This document shows, piece by piece, positions 30,544 to 39,431 of a stretch of DNA of 43,191 nucleotides. The first letter of the stretch is position 1, and every line of letters starts with the position of its first letter. The DNA comes from Bdellovibrionota bacterium (GTDB taxonomy: Bacteria; Bdellovibrionota_C; UBA2361; OMII01), in assembly GCA_044356215.1 (NCBI GenBank), contig JBIKWQ010000025.1, positions 1-43,191 of the forward strand. Reading direction: 5' to 3'. The notes below the pieces were generated by a model. It made no database searches. It was not told the DNA's origin and saw only the letters and a program-made list of their open reading frames with translations. Both the position numbers and the translations under genes were made by a program.

Positions 30544-31258
30544 TGAGAAACTGTTGTACCGCGGGGTTGGACGAAGCGATTAGCTCCGCGGGTGTTCCCT
30601 CGATAATAATCTCACCGCCCAGAATCATAGCAACTCGGTCCGATACCTGAAAGACCTCGGGAAGCTCGTGGCTGATAACTAGCCCGGTAAAACCCCACTG
30701 AATCTTACACGCGTTAATTAGATCGTAAACCTCCTGGCCATCTAATGGATCTAACCCCGTGTTGGGCTCATCCACAAGAAGCACCTTAGGTTGAGTGATT
30801 AAAGCACGCGCCATACCAACACGTTTACGAATTCCGATCGATACCTGCTCAGGATAGTTCTTTAAGTAAGGCACGAGGCTTAACGATTCAGCCATATCTA
30901 AAACCTGCTTGTGCGCTTTTGATGGGCGAATAAGCATCCGTTCGCGCAGAGAGAAGGCGATATTCTCGTAGATCGTTAGAGAGTCAAAGAGCGCCGCGGA
31001 TTGAAAAAGCACACCAAGAGAGCGTCTAATCTCGTTTTTCGCGCGTTCCCCGCGGGCTGATGTGATGTTGTCTCCGCCGATAAAGATCTCGCCACTATCA
31101 GGGGTCATTAAACCCATGATTAGCTTTAGTAGCACTGATTTTCCAACACCGCTTGGGCCCACAACCGCGGTGGTCTTGCCAGGCTCAATCTCAACAGAGA
31201 CCCCATTTAAAACAACCTGGGGCCCAAATCTTTTATAAACGTTACGAACCGAGATCAT
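30509..31258 (-). CDS. mlaF: ABC ATPase MlaF
   Basis: GPSGVGKS, LFQSAALFDSL, signature VSIGIRKRV (divergent from LSGGM), DEPNTGLDP, ISHE. Confidence 0.9.
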   Translation of the reverse strand: MISVRNVYKRFGPQVVLNGVSVEIEPGKTTAVVGPSGVGKSVLLKLIMGLMTPDSGEIFIGGDNITSARGERAKNEIRRSLGVLFQSAALFDSLTIYENIAFSLRERMLIRPSKAHKQVLDMAESLSLVPYLKNYPEQVSIGIRKRVGMARALITQPKVLLVDEPNTGLDPLDGQEVYDLINACKIQWGFTGLVISHELPEVFQVSDRVAMILGGEIIIEGTPAELIASSNPAVQQFLNGRTDGPIKIQ

Positions 31259-31267
31259 CCCGCCTAC

Positions 31268-32059
31268 TTACTTCATAAATATACGGGTGAGGACGCTGGT
31301 TAAGAAGTAATCAACGATTAACACCGCGACCGAAGCGGTAACTACTGATTGAGTTGTGGCTTTATTAACACCCTGCGCGCCGAATCCGCAGGTGTAGCCC
31401 TTATAGCAGCTAACCCAGCCGAAGATTAATCCAAACACAGTGGCTTTAATAAAACCTGAGTAGATATCTACTAGACCAACCGCTGACTCGATCTGTGACA
31501 TAAATGTTCCAGCGCTTAGGTCAAGTAAACCAACAGCGACGATGTAGCCACCAAAGATACCAACTACATTAAACATTCCACAGAGAAGTGGCATGGCGAT
31601 TAATCCAGCGAGCAAACGCGGCGCCATTAGATACTTAATCGGATCTACCGCCATCGATCGAAGGGCGTCGATCTGCTCGGTGATACGCATAATCCCGATT
31701 TCGGCTGTAACCGCCGAGCCAGCACGGCCGATCACCATTAGAGCTGTTAAAACTGGGCCAAGTTCACGGATTAGGCTTAGCGCAACCGCTGGGCCGGTGT
31801 AGGCGTTAGCTCCAAATTTTGACAGCGTATACTCACCCTGAACCGCGAGCACCGCGCCGGTAAATAGAGCTATTAACGCGATAACCAGCGAAGAGTTTAC
31901 TCCGATCTGAAGTAGCTGTTGAAAATAGAGGTACGGTCTAAACGGCGGACGAACGAGAGCCGATAAGACTCGAGATAAAAAGATCCACGCTCTTCCCCAA
32001 CGCTCTGTAGTGTCGATAATAAAGGATCCGAAGTTCTCTGTGGCCGCGACTATATTCAT
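31268..32059 (-). CDS. mlaE: ABC permease MlaE
   Basis: RELGPVLTALMVIGRAGSA..AEIG.MRITEQIDAL, GAQGVNKATT.SVV. Confidence 0.95.
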   Translation of the reverse strand: MNIVAATENFGSFIIDTTERWGRAWIFLSRVLSALVRPPFRPYLYFQQLLQIGVNSSLVIALIALFTGAVLAVQGEYTLSKFGANAYTGPAVALSLIRELGPVLTALMVIGRAGSAVTAEIGIMRITEQIDALRSMAVDPIKYLMAPRLLAGLIAMPLLCGMFNVVGIFGGYIVAVGLLDLSAGTFMSQIESAVGLVDIYSGFIKATVFGLIFGWVSCYKGYTCGFGAQGVNKATTQSVVTASVAVLIVDYFLTSVLTRIFMK

Positions 32060-32077
32060 GAAGGTAACTGATACCGG

Positions 32078-32674
32078 TTAGCGTGATTTAAATCCAAGTC
32101 CGATAACATAGAACTCATTGGAGGAGTTCCTGGTTGAATCGAGCTCAGAGCGCACTAACCTATTAAACATTGGCCGAGCTGATTTGACAAACATCTCCAC
32201 CTCGTTGCCCTTAAACACTTTGACGACGAAGTTGCCCCCGGGCTTCAAAAATCTTTCAGCCACCCAGAGCGCTAGCTCAGCGCAACCAACGATACCAGCT
32301 TGGTCGGCCTCTTTGATACCGGTTAATTTTGGGGACATGTCCGAGATAACGCAGTCAAAACGGAGATCGGGGTCGGGTAGTAGCGATTCGAGGTCTCTGG
32401 CGTCTCCAGCAAGGAGGTGGCAGCGAGGATCGTCTATTGGGTCTAGCGCCTGGAGGTCGATTCCCCACACCGCGCCCCCTTGGCCGATAAATTCCAAAGC
32501 TACCTGGCACCATCCACCCGGCCAGGCGCCGACATCGAGAACACGCCCATTTGGGGGGATAATCTTATAGGTAGCCTGGATCTCCTTTAATTTATAGGCG
32601 GCCCGAGAGCGGTACCCTTCGTCCTTGGCTTTCTGATAGAGGTGGTCTTTGCGGTTGTATTTACTGTTCGACAC
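32078..32674 (-). CDS. rlmE: 23S rRNA Um2552 methyltransferase
   Basis: AKDEGYRSRAAYKLKEI, DVGAWPGGW.QV, ISDMSP, VKVF, S.EFY. Confidence 0.94.
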   Translation of the reverse strand: MSNSKYNRKDHLYQKAKDEGYRSRAAYKLKEIQATYKIIPPNGRVLDVGAWPGGWCQVALEFIGQGGAVWGIDLQALDPIDDPRCHLLAGDARDLESLLPDPDLRFDCVISDMSPKLTGIKEADQAGIVGCAELALWVAERFLKPGGNFVVKVFKGNEVEMFVKSARPMFNRLVRSELDSTRNSSNEFYVIGLGFKSR

Positions 32675-32939
32675 GGTCTTAAGGTATCAGGTATCGGCGA
32701 TAAAGGGGACCCTGCGCCAGTGGATCTGGCCCTCTAAAAACCGTGTTTCACAGGGGCTGGGCTGCCCAAGTGGCTGATTAGATGAAAAAGCGGCAACTTT
32801 TTGTGTTAGTTTTTCGATTGGATATAGAAAAAGACTTGAAGCCTATCGGTGTGCGATATAGAAAAAGAATAGAAGAGCGTGGCGGGCCGGTCGTAAATGC
32901 CATCCGATGCGGCCCGCTTCGAGGCTTTTCTTTGAATTT

Positions 32940-33248
32940 TTAGGTTAATAAATTTATCGCAAACACTAGGGAGGCGACGGTTATTATGTACGATGGAATG
33001 TTAAGCAGTGGAGTTTTAAACAGTGGAGTTTTAAACAGTGGAGTGTTGCTAACGGGTGTTAATTTTATCGGCGTTGATTTTATCTGCGCTGCTCTGACCT
33101 TGGCGTATATCGCTAAGTTGATGTTCAACTCTGTTGGATTATCCAACGCGGTAATGGCTTCGTGCAGCGTGGCTAAGGTTTCGTTGCAGGGACAGCAGGT
33201 AGCTAGGAGACTGAGATAGAGATCTTGGTCAGTTGCGATAGGCTTCAC
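32940..33248 (-). CDS. Small hypothetical membrane protein, possibly a degenerate zinc anti-sigma factor
   Basis: LLATCCPCNETL resembles HxxxCxxC without the His; C-terminal TM segment; contains a 15-bp tandem repeat; the GTG start lies at the edge of a repeat element. Confidence 0.35.
   Translation of the reverse strand: MKPIATDQDLYLSLLATCCPCNETLATLHEAITALDNPTELNINLAIYAKVRAAQIKSTPIKLTPVSNTPLFKTPLFKTPLLNIPSYIITVASLVFAINLLT
33001..33045. repeat. 15-bp tandem repeat, three copies
   Basis: ttaagcagtggagtt / ttaaacagtggagtt / ttaaacagtggagtg. Confidence 0.9.
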
Positions 33249-33399
33249 GAGCTCGTGCTCGTGAACGTGACCCCTGCACGTGCTCGTGCACGTAAACGAG
33301 AAACGTACCCGAATTCAGGATCACGCAGTAGCCAAACTAAGATGGTAGAAGTGGCAGATCGGGTACGTTCACGAGCACGTGCAGGAGCACGTTCACGTG
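33246..33399. repeat. Palindromic element of hexamer units (CGTGCA/CGTGAA/CGTGCT)
   Basis: Left arm cgtgaacgtg..cctgcacgtgctcgtg[13-nt insert]aacgtacccga (33260-33312) is complementary to right arm tcgggtacgttcacgagcacgtgcaggagcacgttcacg (33359-33397). Confidence 0.8.
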
Positions 33400-33520
33400 G
33401 AATTGATCATGTAAAGCCTATTCAGTGATTCACCCCAGGGAGGGTTAATCTAGCAGGAGGAATCCCCGCATCGCTCCCCAAACGGGCTGTATTTTTAAGC
33501 TTTCATGATATAGTGGCGCG

Positions 33521-36001
33521 ATGCTTGGTGAACAAAACGATCTCTTTAGTCCTGACGTGGTAGATAAAAAGGATTCTTCAACAACACCCCCAGATCTTTT
33601 GTCGGGGTTAAATCCTCCTCAACAGCAGGCTGTGCTGCACGTTGATGGTCCGATCTTGGTGTTGGCGGGAGCAGGCAGTGGCAAGACCCGTGTATTAACC
33701 CACCGGGTCGCCAATCTAATCTTAAATCACGGAATCTGGCCAAGCAGAATCTTGGCCGTTACCTTCACAAACAAAGCCGCCGGTGAGATGCGCCACAGAC
33801 TCTTCTCACTTTTAGGAGAGCGGGCCGAGCAGATCTGGATCTCAACTTTTCACTCGGCTGGTTTAAGGATCCTAAGGCACCACGCGCACCACTTAGGTTA
33901 CACAAAGCAGTTTGTGATCTATGACGATCAGGACACCAAGGGGGTTTTAAAGCAGGTTTTAAAGGACCTCTCAATTAACGAAGAGAAGTACCCTGTAGAT
34001 ACCTTCGCGCGCGCGATCGATCGCTTCAAGAACGGCTATATACTTCCAGCGGAGGCCGCGAAACGAGCCTCTAGTATCGATTCAGACCTGCAGGCGCGGG
34101 TTTACGACCTCTATCAGAGATACCTCCTACAAGCGAACGCGATGGATTTTGGCGATCTCTTAGTTAACGCGGTGCGTGTTTTCCGTGAGTACCCTGAGGT
34201 CTTAGATTATTACCGACACGCGCTGCACTATCTTTTGGTTGATGAGTTTCAGGATACCAACAAGGTTCAGTATATGTTTATTAGGCTCATCTCTGAGCCG
34301 CGTCGAAATCTCTTTGTTGTAGGAGACGACGACCAATCGATCTACGGATTCCGTGGGGCCACGATCAGTAACATCCTTGAGTTTGAAAAAGATTACAGCG
34401 GAACTAAAGTTATTAAACTTGAGCAGAACTATCGCTCTACCGCGACGATACTTAACGCGGCGCACGCTGTTATCGAGAAGAATAGAGCGAGAAAAGCTAA
34501 GAAGCTCTGGACCTCCGGAGACGCCGGGGAGCAGATCCGAACATTTATCGGCTACGATGAGAATATGGAGGCGGAGTTTATCGCCTCAGAGTTAAAGCGG
34601 CTAAAATCTGAAGGTACCGAGTACTCAAAGATGGCGCTTTTATACCGCACAAACGCGCAAACCCGAGCGCTTGAGGAGGCGCTTGTGCGAGCGAAGATCC
34701 CTTATAAGATCTTTGGTGGATTAAAGTTCTTTGACCGTAAAGAGATTAAAGATATCTTGGCGTATCTTAGGCTTTTAGTTAATCCAGCAGATAATCAGGC
34801 TTTTCAAAGGATAGTTAATACGCCGCCTCGTGGTATCGGAGCGCAGGCGCTACAGAGCGTAATTGAGGAATCTCAAAAACGCGGAGTGCCCTTTCTCTCG
34901 GCGGCGATTGAGGTGGCCGAGACTCACAAAGGTGTTCGTGGATTCGTGGCGCTAATAGCCGATCTTAAAAACGATCTAAATACCGTTGGATTAAGCGAGT
35001 TAATCCACAGAATAGTTCACAAGAGCGAGTACGGACCTAAATTAGCTGCGATGAAGGATCCAACGGCGCTATCACGGATAGAGAACTTACAGGAGTTAGA
35101 GTCGTTAGGGAAAACGATGGAGCGATCTAATGAGGCTCCAGAACTCGTCGTGAAGGATTTTCTAGACCGGATCTCTTTAACATCGGGCTCTGATATCGCG
35201 ACAAACGAGAGTGTTACAGCGGCCGAGCAGGCTAAAGGAGCTAAGGGATCTAACGAGCAGCCAGAGACCGTTTCATTAATGACCCTTCACTTAGCTAAGG
35301 GATTAGAGTTTCCGGTTGTTTTCTTAGCTGGGCTTGAGGAGGGATTGCTTCCGCATTACCGAGCTATCGATAACCCCTCTGAGTTAGAAGAGGAGCGCCG
35401 GCTCTGCTACGTGGGGATAACAAGAGCGATGCAGGTTCTTTATCTAACCAGAGCTTATTACCGCGGAATGTTTACCTCAGGTGGAGGCGGAGGTGGCGCG
35501 CGAATCGTTAGCCGCTTCGCGAAAGATCTCGATCCAAAAGCTGTGGTCGCGGTAGGAACAGAGCGATCTCAGGGCGCTAGTTTTATCGGTGGATATCCAC
35601 GGTTCTCTTTTGATGATGACTCTGGAGATGATGGCGATAACGGCTACGGAGATGATTACGGTGGCGGAAGTCGTTGGAAGCGTTCAAAGGCTAATAGACG
35701 GGTAGAGCCACCAGAGCCAAGGCAAGCGATCTCGTTAGATAAGATCCGCGCGATGCTGTCGCCCGCGGATGCCATGCAGCAGCAACAACCCGAGACACCA
35801 AAGGAGTATTTCGACAAGCCTGCAGCGGCGTTAGAGCAGCTAACCACAGGAGCTAGGGTAATTCACCCGGCGTTTGGTCATGGAGCTGTGCTGTCGGTGA
35901 GTGGCAACTCAAATGCGGCGATGGTGACTGTTAAATTTGATAATTTTGAGGAGCCCAAGAAGGTGGTGTTTAGGTTTGCGAAGTTGGTGCTTTTAGCCTA
36001 G
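33521..36001 (+). CDS. uvrD: UvrD/PcrA superfamily 1 DNA helicase
   Basis: LAGAGSGKT, TFTNKAA, DEFQDTN, VGDDDQSIY.FRGA, LEQNYRST, LYRTNAQ, TLHLAKGLEF, EERRL.YVGITRA, C-terminal Tudor-like V.HP.FG.G. Confidence 0.96.
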   Translation: MLGEQNDLFSPDVVDKKDSSTTPPDLLSGLNPPQQQAVLHVDGPILVLAGAGSGKTRVLTHRVANLILNHGIWPSRILAVTFTNKAAGEMRHRLFSLLGERAEQIWISTFHSAGLRILRHHAHHLGYTKQFVIYDDQDTKGVLKQVLKDLSINEEKYPVDTFARAIDRFKNGYILPAEAAKRASSIDSDLQARVYDLYQRYLLQANAMDFGDLLVNAVRVFREYPEVLDYYRHALHYLLVDEFQDTNKVQYMFIRLISEPRRNLFVVGDDDQSIYGFRGATISNILEFEKDYSGTKVIKLEQNYRSTATILNAAHAVIEKNRARKAKKLWTSGDAGEQIRTFIGYDENMEAEFIASELKRLKSEGTEYSKMALLYRTNAQTRALEEALVRAKIPYKIFGGLKFFDRKEIKDILAYLRLLVNPADNQAFQRIVNTPPRGIGAQALQSVIEESQKRGVPFLSAAIEVAETHKGVRGFVALIADLKNDLNTVGLSELIHRIVHKSEYGPKLAAMKDPTALSRIENLQELESLGKTMERSNEAPELVVKDFLDRISLTSGSDIATNESVTAAEQAKGAKGSNEQPETVSLMTLHLAKGLEFPVVFLAGLEEGLLPHYRAIDNPSELEEERRLCYVGITRAMQVLYLTRAYYRGMFTSGGGGGGARIVSRFAKDLDPKAVVAVGTERSQGASFIGGYPRFSFDDDSGDDGDNGYGDDYGGGSRWKRSKANRRVEPPEPRQAISLDKIRAMLSPADAMQQQQPETPKEYFDKPAAALEQLTTGARVIHPAFGHGAVLSVSGNSNAAMVTVKFDNFEEPKKVVFRFAKLVLLA

Positions 36002-36060
36002 GAAAAGTGCTGTTTCTAGGTAAAAAATCCTAGGAAAAGTGCTTTTCCTAGGGTAAAATC
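35997..36060. promoter_or_regulatory. Tandem pair of 24-bp palindromes (32-bp period) upstream of the AAA+ ATPase
   Basis: cctaggaaaagtgctgtttctagg (35997-36020) and cctaggaaaagtgcttttcctagg (36029-36052); TAAAAT at 36054-36059. Confidence 0.7.
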
Positions 36061-36065
36061 GTCTT

Positions 36066-37409
36066 ATGTCTAAGATAATTCCACGCACAGCTTCTCTTAA
36101 GATATTGGATTTCTTGAATAATCCAGATATTAGAGAAGTTCTCGTTGTAGAGGGGGCGCGTCAGGTTGGTAAGACAACGGCGATAGAGCAGGCCCTTATA
36201 GGGAGATCGGCTCTTAGAGTAAACTTAGAGGGCGATACGCGCTTTAGGGAGAGGATCGACGCCTCGGAGTCCTTCGAGGATTTTGAATTTTATTTGAGAG
36301 ACCGATTTAAATTTAATTCGGCGGATAAGGAGCAGATCCTCTTTCTCGATGAGGCTCAAGAGAGCAATAAGCTTGGAGCCTATGTTCGTTTCATGAAAGA
36401 GAGGTGGGATGGCGCTAAAGTTGTCTTAAGCGGCTCAAGTATGAGTCGACTCTTTAGAGACGAACAGAGGATCCCCGTTGGGAGATATCGCACCCTACTT
36501 ATTTCGCCGCTGTCTTTCAAAGAGTTTGTGCTAGCTAGTGGTCGAGATCGAGCGCTTGAGATTATAGAGAGCTTTGAGCGCGATCTAAATCCAGATGGGA
36601 TAACCGCAGCGATGCACAACGATCTCCTCGCCTTATTTGATCAATACTTAAAAGTTGGAGGCCTTCCAGCCGTTGTGACCGCTTACTTTAAGGGGCAAAG
36701 CTACCGAGATCTAAGGGGTGATATAATCAGATCTCAGGAGGAGGATTTTATTAGGAAGAGTTCCATCGGAGAGCGCGACCTTTTTAAATCTGGCTTAAGA
36801 GGAGTCTCTAATTATCTGGGATTTCCGTCAAAAAATACCCATGTTCACGAGAAGCAGCACATAGCCGAGAAGGTTCTAAGTGTAGAGAGGGCTTGGCGCT
36901 TAATTCACGAGATCGAGCAAAAGGGAATAAACGCAAGCTCGAAATTCTATCCTAAGCGATATCTATACGACATCGGAGTCGCGCAAGAGATTCGCGAGAT
37001 GCCTTTTCCTGAGATCGGACTTGTAATCTCAGACAGCCCAATTTTAAGAACTCAGCTAGGGGGACTATTTGAAAACGCGGTGCTGTTGCAGATGATCTCT
37101 CACCAGAACGCAGAGGCTAATATCTCCGGATGGAAGAAAAATTCCAACGAGGGGGTCGAGGTGGATTTTATCTGGCGCTTAGATGGCACGCTTCTTCCGA
37201 TTGAGTGCAAGGCATCTTTAAAGGTATCAAGCAGAAGCTTCGCCTCGCTTCGTCAGTATACAAAGCTTACCGGGACGTCGGTAGCGATATTAGTATCAGC
37301 TGCGCCATATAGCGCTCATAAAGAGGGAGAAGTTACTTTTATTAATTTGCCGATATATCTTTTTAGTGGAGGGGTGGTTGAGGGGATCTGGAGAAAGTGC
37401 GGAGCTTAG
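36066..37409 (+). CDS. AAA+ ATPase (AAA_14) with DUF4143 / PD-(D/E)xK-like C-terminus
   Basis: GARQVGKT, FLDEAQ, SGSS, PVGR, VGGLP.VV, KRYLYDIG, FENAV, EVDF...PIECKA. Confidence 0.9.
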   Translation: MSKIIPRTASLKILDFLNNPDIREVLVVEGARQVGKTTAIEQALIGRSALRVNLEGDTRFRERIDASESFEDFEFYLRDRFKFNSADKEQILFLDEAQESNKLGAYVRFMKERWDGAKVVLSGSSMSRLFRDEQRIPVGRYRTLLISPLSFKEFVLASGRDRALEIIESFERDLNPDGITAAMHNDLLALFDQYLKVGGLPAVVTAYFKGQSYRDLRGDIIRSQEEDFIRKSSIGERDLFKSGLRGVSNYLGFPSKNTHVHEKQHIAEKVLSVERAWRLIHEIEQKGINASSKFYPKRYLYDIGVAQEIREMPFPEIGLVISDSPILRTQLGGLFENAVLLQMISHQNAEANISGWKKNSNEGVEVDFIWRLDGTLLPIECKASLKVSSRSFASLRQYTKLTGTSVAILVSAAPYSAHKEGEVTFINLPIYLFSGGVVEGIWRKCGA

Positions 37410-37536
37410 TGGCGCTCTCCACCTTTTTAGCTAAACCACCACCAAATCTGTTTATGGGCTAAAACGAACGAGCGCGCGATATGAGATCTAATCTGTCTCG
37501 ATCGGCTCGAAATAGCAGGAAATAAGAGGGAATCGC

Positions 37537-37580
37537 TAGGGCGCCGCAGTTCTTTTTACCAAAAACTCTGCGGCGCCCTG
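37537..37580. repeat. 44-bp short member of the 22387-22549 MITE family
   Basis: tagggcgccgcagttcttt...ctgcggcgccctg; both ends match the 22.4-kb element; no flanking duplication seen. Confidence 0.75.
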
Positions 37581-37996
37581 CCTATTAGGCAGCATTCCCT
37601 AATTACCCCAATTTTTATATCATCTAGGAGCCTCTGTGAGCTTATTAAAGACTCGGAGGAATATGTCGAGCGAACGGCTCAACTGCAGGTTTTGAAAGAC
37701 CTGTTGGACGGTACAGAGCCAGGGGATCTCGATATTCCGCTTGATTACAATTCATTCATGAGCCGCCGGAGAGAGAAACAAATCAGAAGACAGCTCTGGC
37801 CATTGAAAAGTCATCGAGAGCAGAGGAGGCTCGATGACCTGAGTAATCCTGTAGCGCGAATAGTTTTGAGGCTCGCGGCGCGTTATCGTAGCTTGCTGGA
37901 TAAGAGAGATAATCCGCGTTCTATTTAAAAAATTAAGCAGAAGCGAGCTGAAATAGCTAGCCGAAGTAACTCGAGTCGAGCTCACGCCGAAGCCAT

Positions 37997-39028
37997 TCAA
38001 AATCCTGCATCCGCCTGAACCATTCTTTTTTGGATAATCCCCGTTTCTAGGTCCAGAGCAATTGATCCCTCGTGCTTCGTGATCAAAGAATCTGCGCTCT
38101 CGTCACCCGGGACGGGGGAAAATGTTATCTTGCCCTCTCCAAATAATATGTTTGACTTATCTGGGTGCATTCCCGTGAATCTGATAGTTCCAGAAACTTG
38201 GCGTGTGATCGCGTAGTCAAACCTGGCGTCGAACTGTGCGGGGCCGCGGTCCTCAAAACCAGGCACAAGCAACGAGGCCCACCTAGTTTGATGAAGAGTC
38301 AGCGAACCAAACAATGAGAGATCGGTTTTTCGGGGCTCTAGCTTCTTCTCTGGTATCTCAATTAGCAGCCCCGATCTTAACCAGAGCAAGCCAGGCCCCT
38401 GAGGACCACTCTCTAGTGTCATGGGAGCGCCGTCGGGGAGAAAAGCATAGCCGTTGGCTAGGTCGATAAAAACTTGATCGTCCGATTTTAGGTTACAAAG
38501 AACACGGTCCTTATCTTTATCGAAGCTATCTACCTCCACAAGCAACTTATTTAAGCCGGTTAGGGTGGTTGTTAATTTGTTCAAGTAATCGATTAACTTG
38601 CCTCGCGCCTCCGCGCTCTGGTTATTTTTGCTTAGTAACTCCTCTATATCTAGTCGAGTGCCGGAGCGATCGCGTGAGGAATTTAGCTGCTCCAGTATGG
38701 TTTCTATGTTTTTTTCGTCGTCTACAAGAGGAGTAAGTACGGACACTAGATTCGCGTCGCGAAACAAATCATTGCTGTGACTTGGCGCTAGGGGAGATGG
38801 GATGGATTCAAGTTGTAAGCGTTTCTTGAAAATTTCAGAGACGCAGGAAATGGCAGCAGACGGGGAAGGTTTTAAAACGTCATCTAGTAAGTAAGCAAAT
38901 GCGAAAACCGCGCTCAAGCAGCGCGTTAACTCTGTTAAGCTAAATACTTGACCACTGGGTAGCTTAAAAGCCGGATCCTTTAGATCTGGGGTAATTGTAA
39001 GCTGCAAATTCGCGGTAGCTGGGCCCAT
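37997..39028 (-). CDS. Hypothetical protein
   Basis: 343-codon ORF, helical middle and beta-rich C-terminus; no family recognised. Confidence 0.6.
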   Translation of the reverse strand: MGPATANLQLTITPDLKDPAFKLPSGQVFSLTELTRCLSAVFAFAYLLDDVLKPSPSAAISCVSEIFKKRLQLESIPSPLAPSHSNDLFRDANLVSVLTPLVDDEKNIETILEQLNSSRDRSGTRLDIEELLSKNNQSAEARGKLIDYLNKLTTTLTGLNKLLVEVDSFDKDKDRVLCNLKSDDQVFIDLANGYAFLPDGAPMTLESGPQGPGLLWLRSGLLIEIPEKKLEPRKTDLSLFGSLTLHQTRWASLLVPGFEDRGPAQFDARFDYAITRQVSGTIRFTGMHPDKSNILFGEGKITFSPVPGDESADSLITKHEGSIALDLETGIIQKRMVQADAGF

Positions 39029-39431
39029 ATTGTCTCTTTAATATATCGCCTATTCTTCTCTTAACGCGAATATTTTGGCGTATAGAGTAGTTACAAATCT
39101 GTGTTCTCATAAGGCATTCGGCTAATAAATAGAGCCAGGCAATTGTTTTTTCTGAAACAAACTGTAAACGACAGATGAAGTCAGAAGAGAGGTGGATCAT
39201 CTTGAGAATACCCGCGCGATTTAAAAAAATGCACCAAGGGCGAGACTAGGGATTTAAAAGGTGACATTTTAAAAAGAATCCAAACTCTAAAACCTAGTCG
39301 GCCGCGGCGGGTTAATATAGCACGCGAGCCGTTAATCGTTTGATGCAATCAGCGATCCTGATGTTGGAGAGTCAAAAAGATAACTTTAGCGAGGCGGTTT
39401 GCCGCGCCGCCTTAGATTGGCTCGTTTGTGA

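Noticed and set aside
33001..33045. Tandem repeat as a possible CRISPR array
   Set aside because: 15-bp units with no spacers and no cas genes.
33389..33404. parS-like acgttcacgtggaatt
   Set aside because: Only about 11/16 match and it is part of the hexamer repeat element.
33225..33428. 67-aa ORF with ARARAR repeats
   Set aside because: Translation of the hexamer palindromic element.
37692..37928. 78-aa ORF
   Set aside because: TTG start without a clear RBS; the nearby GGAGG-ATG is in another frame and stops after 10 codons; at best a remnant.
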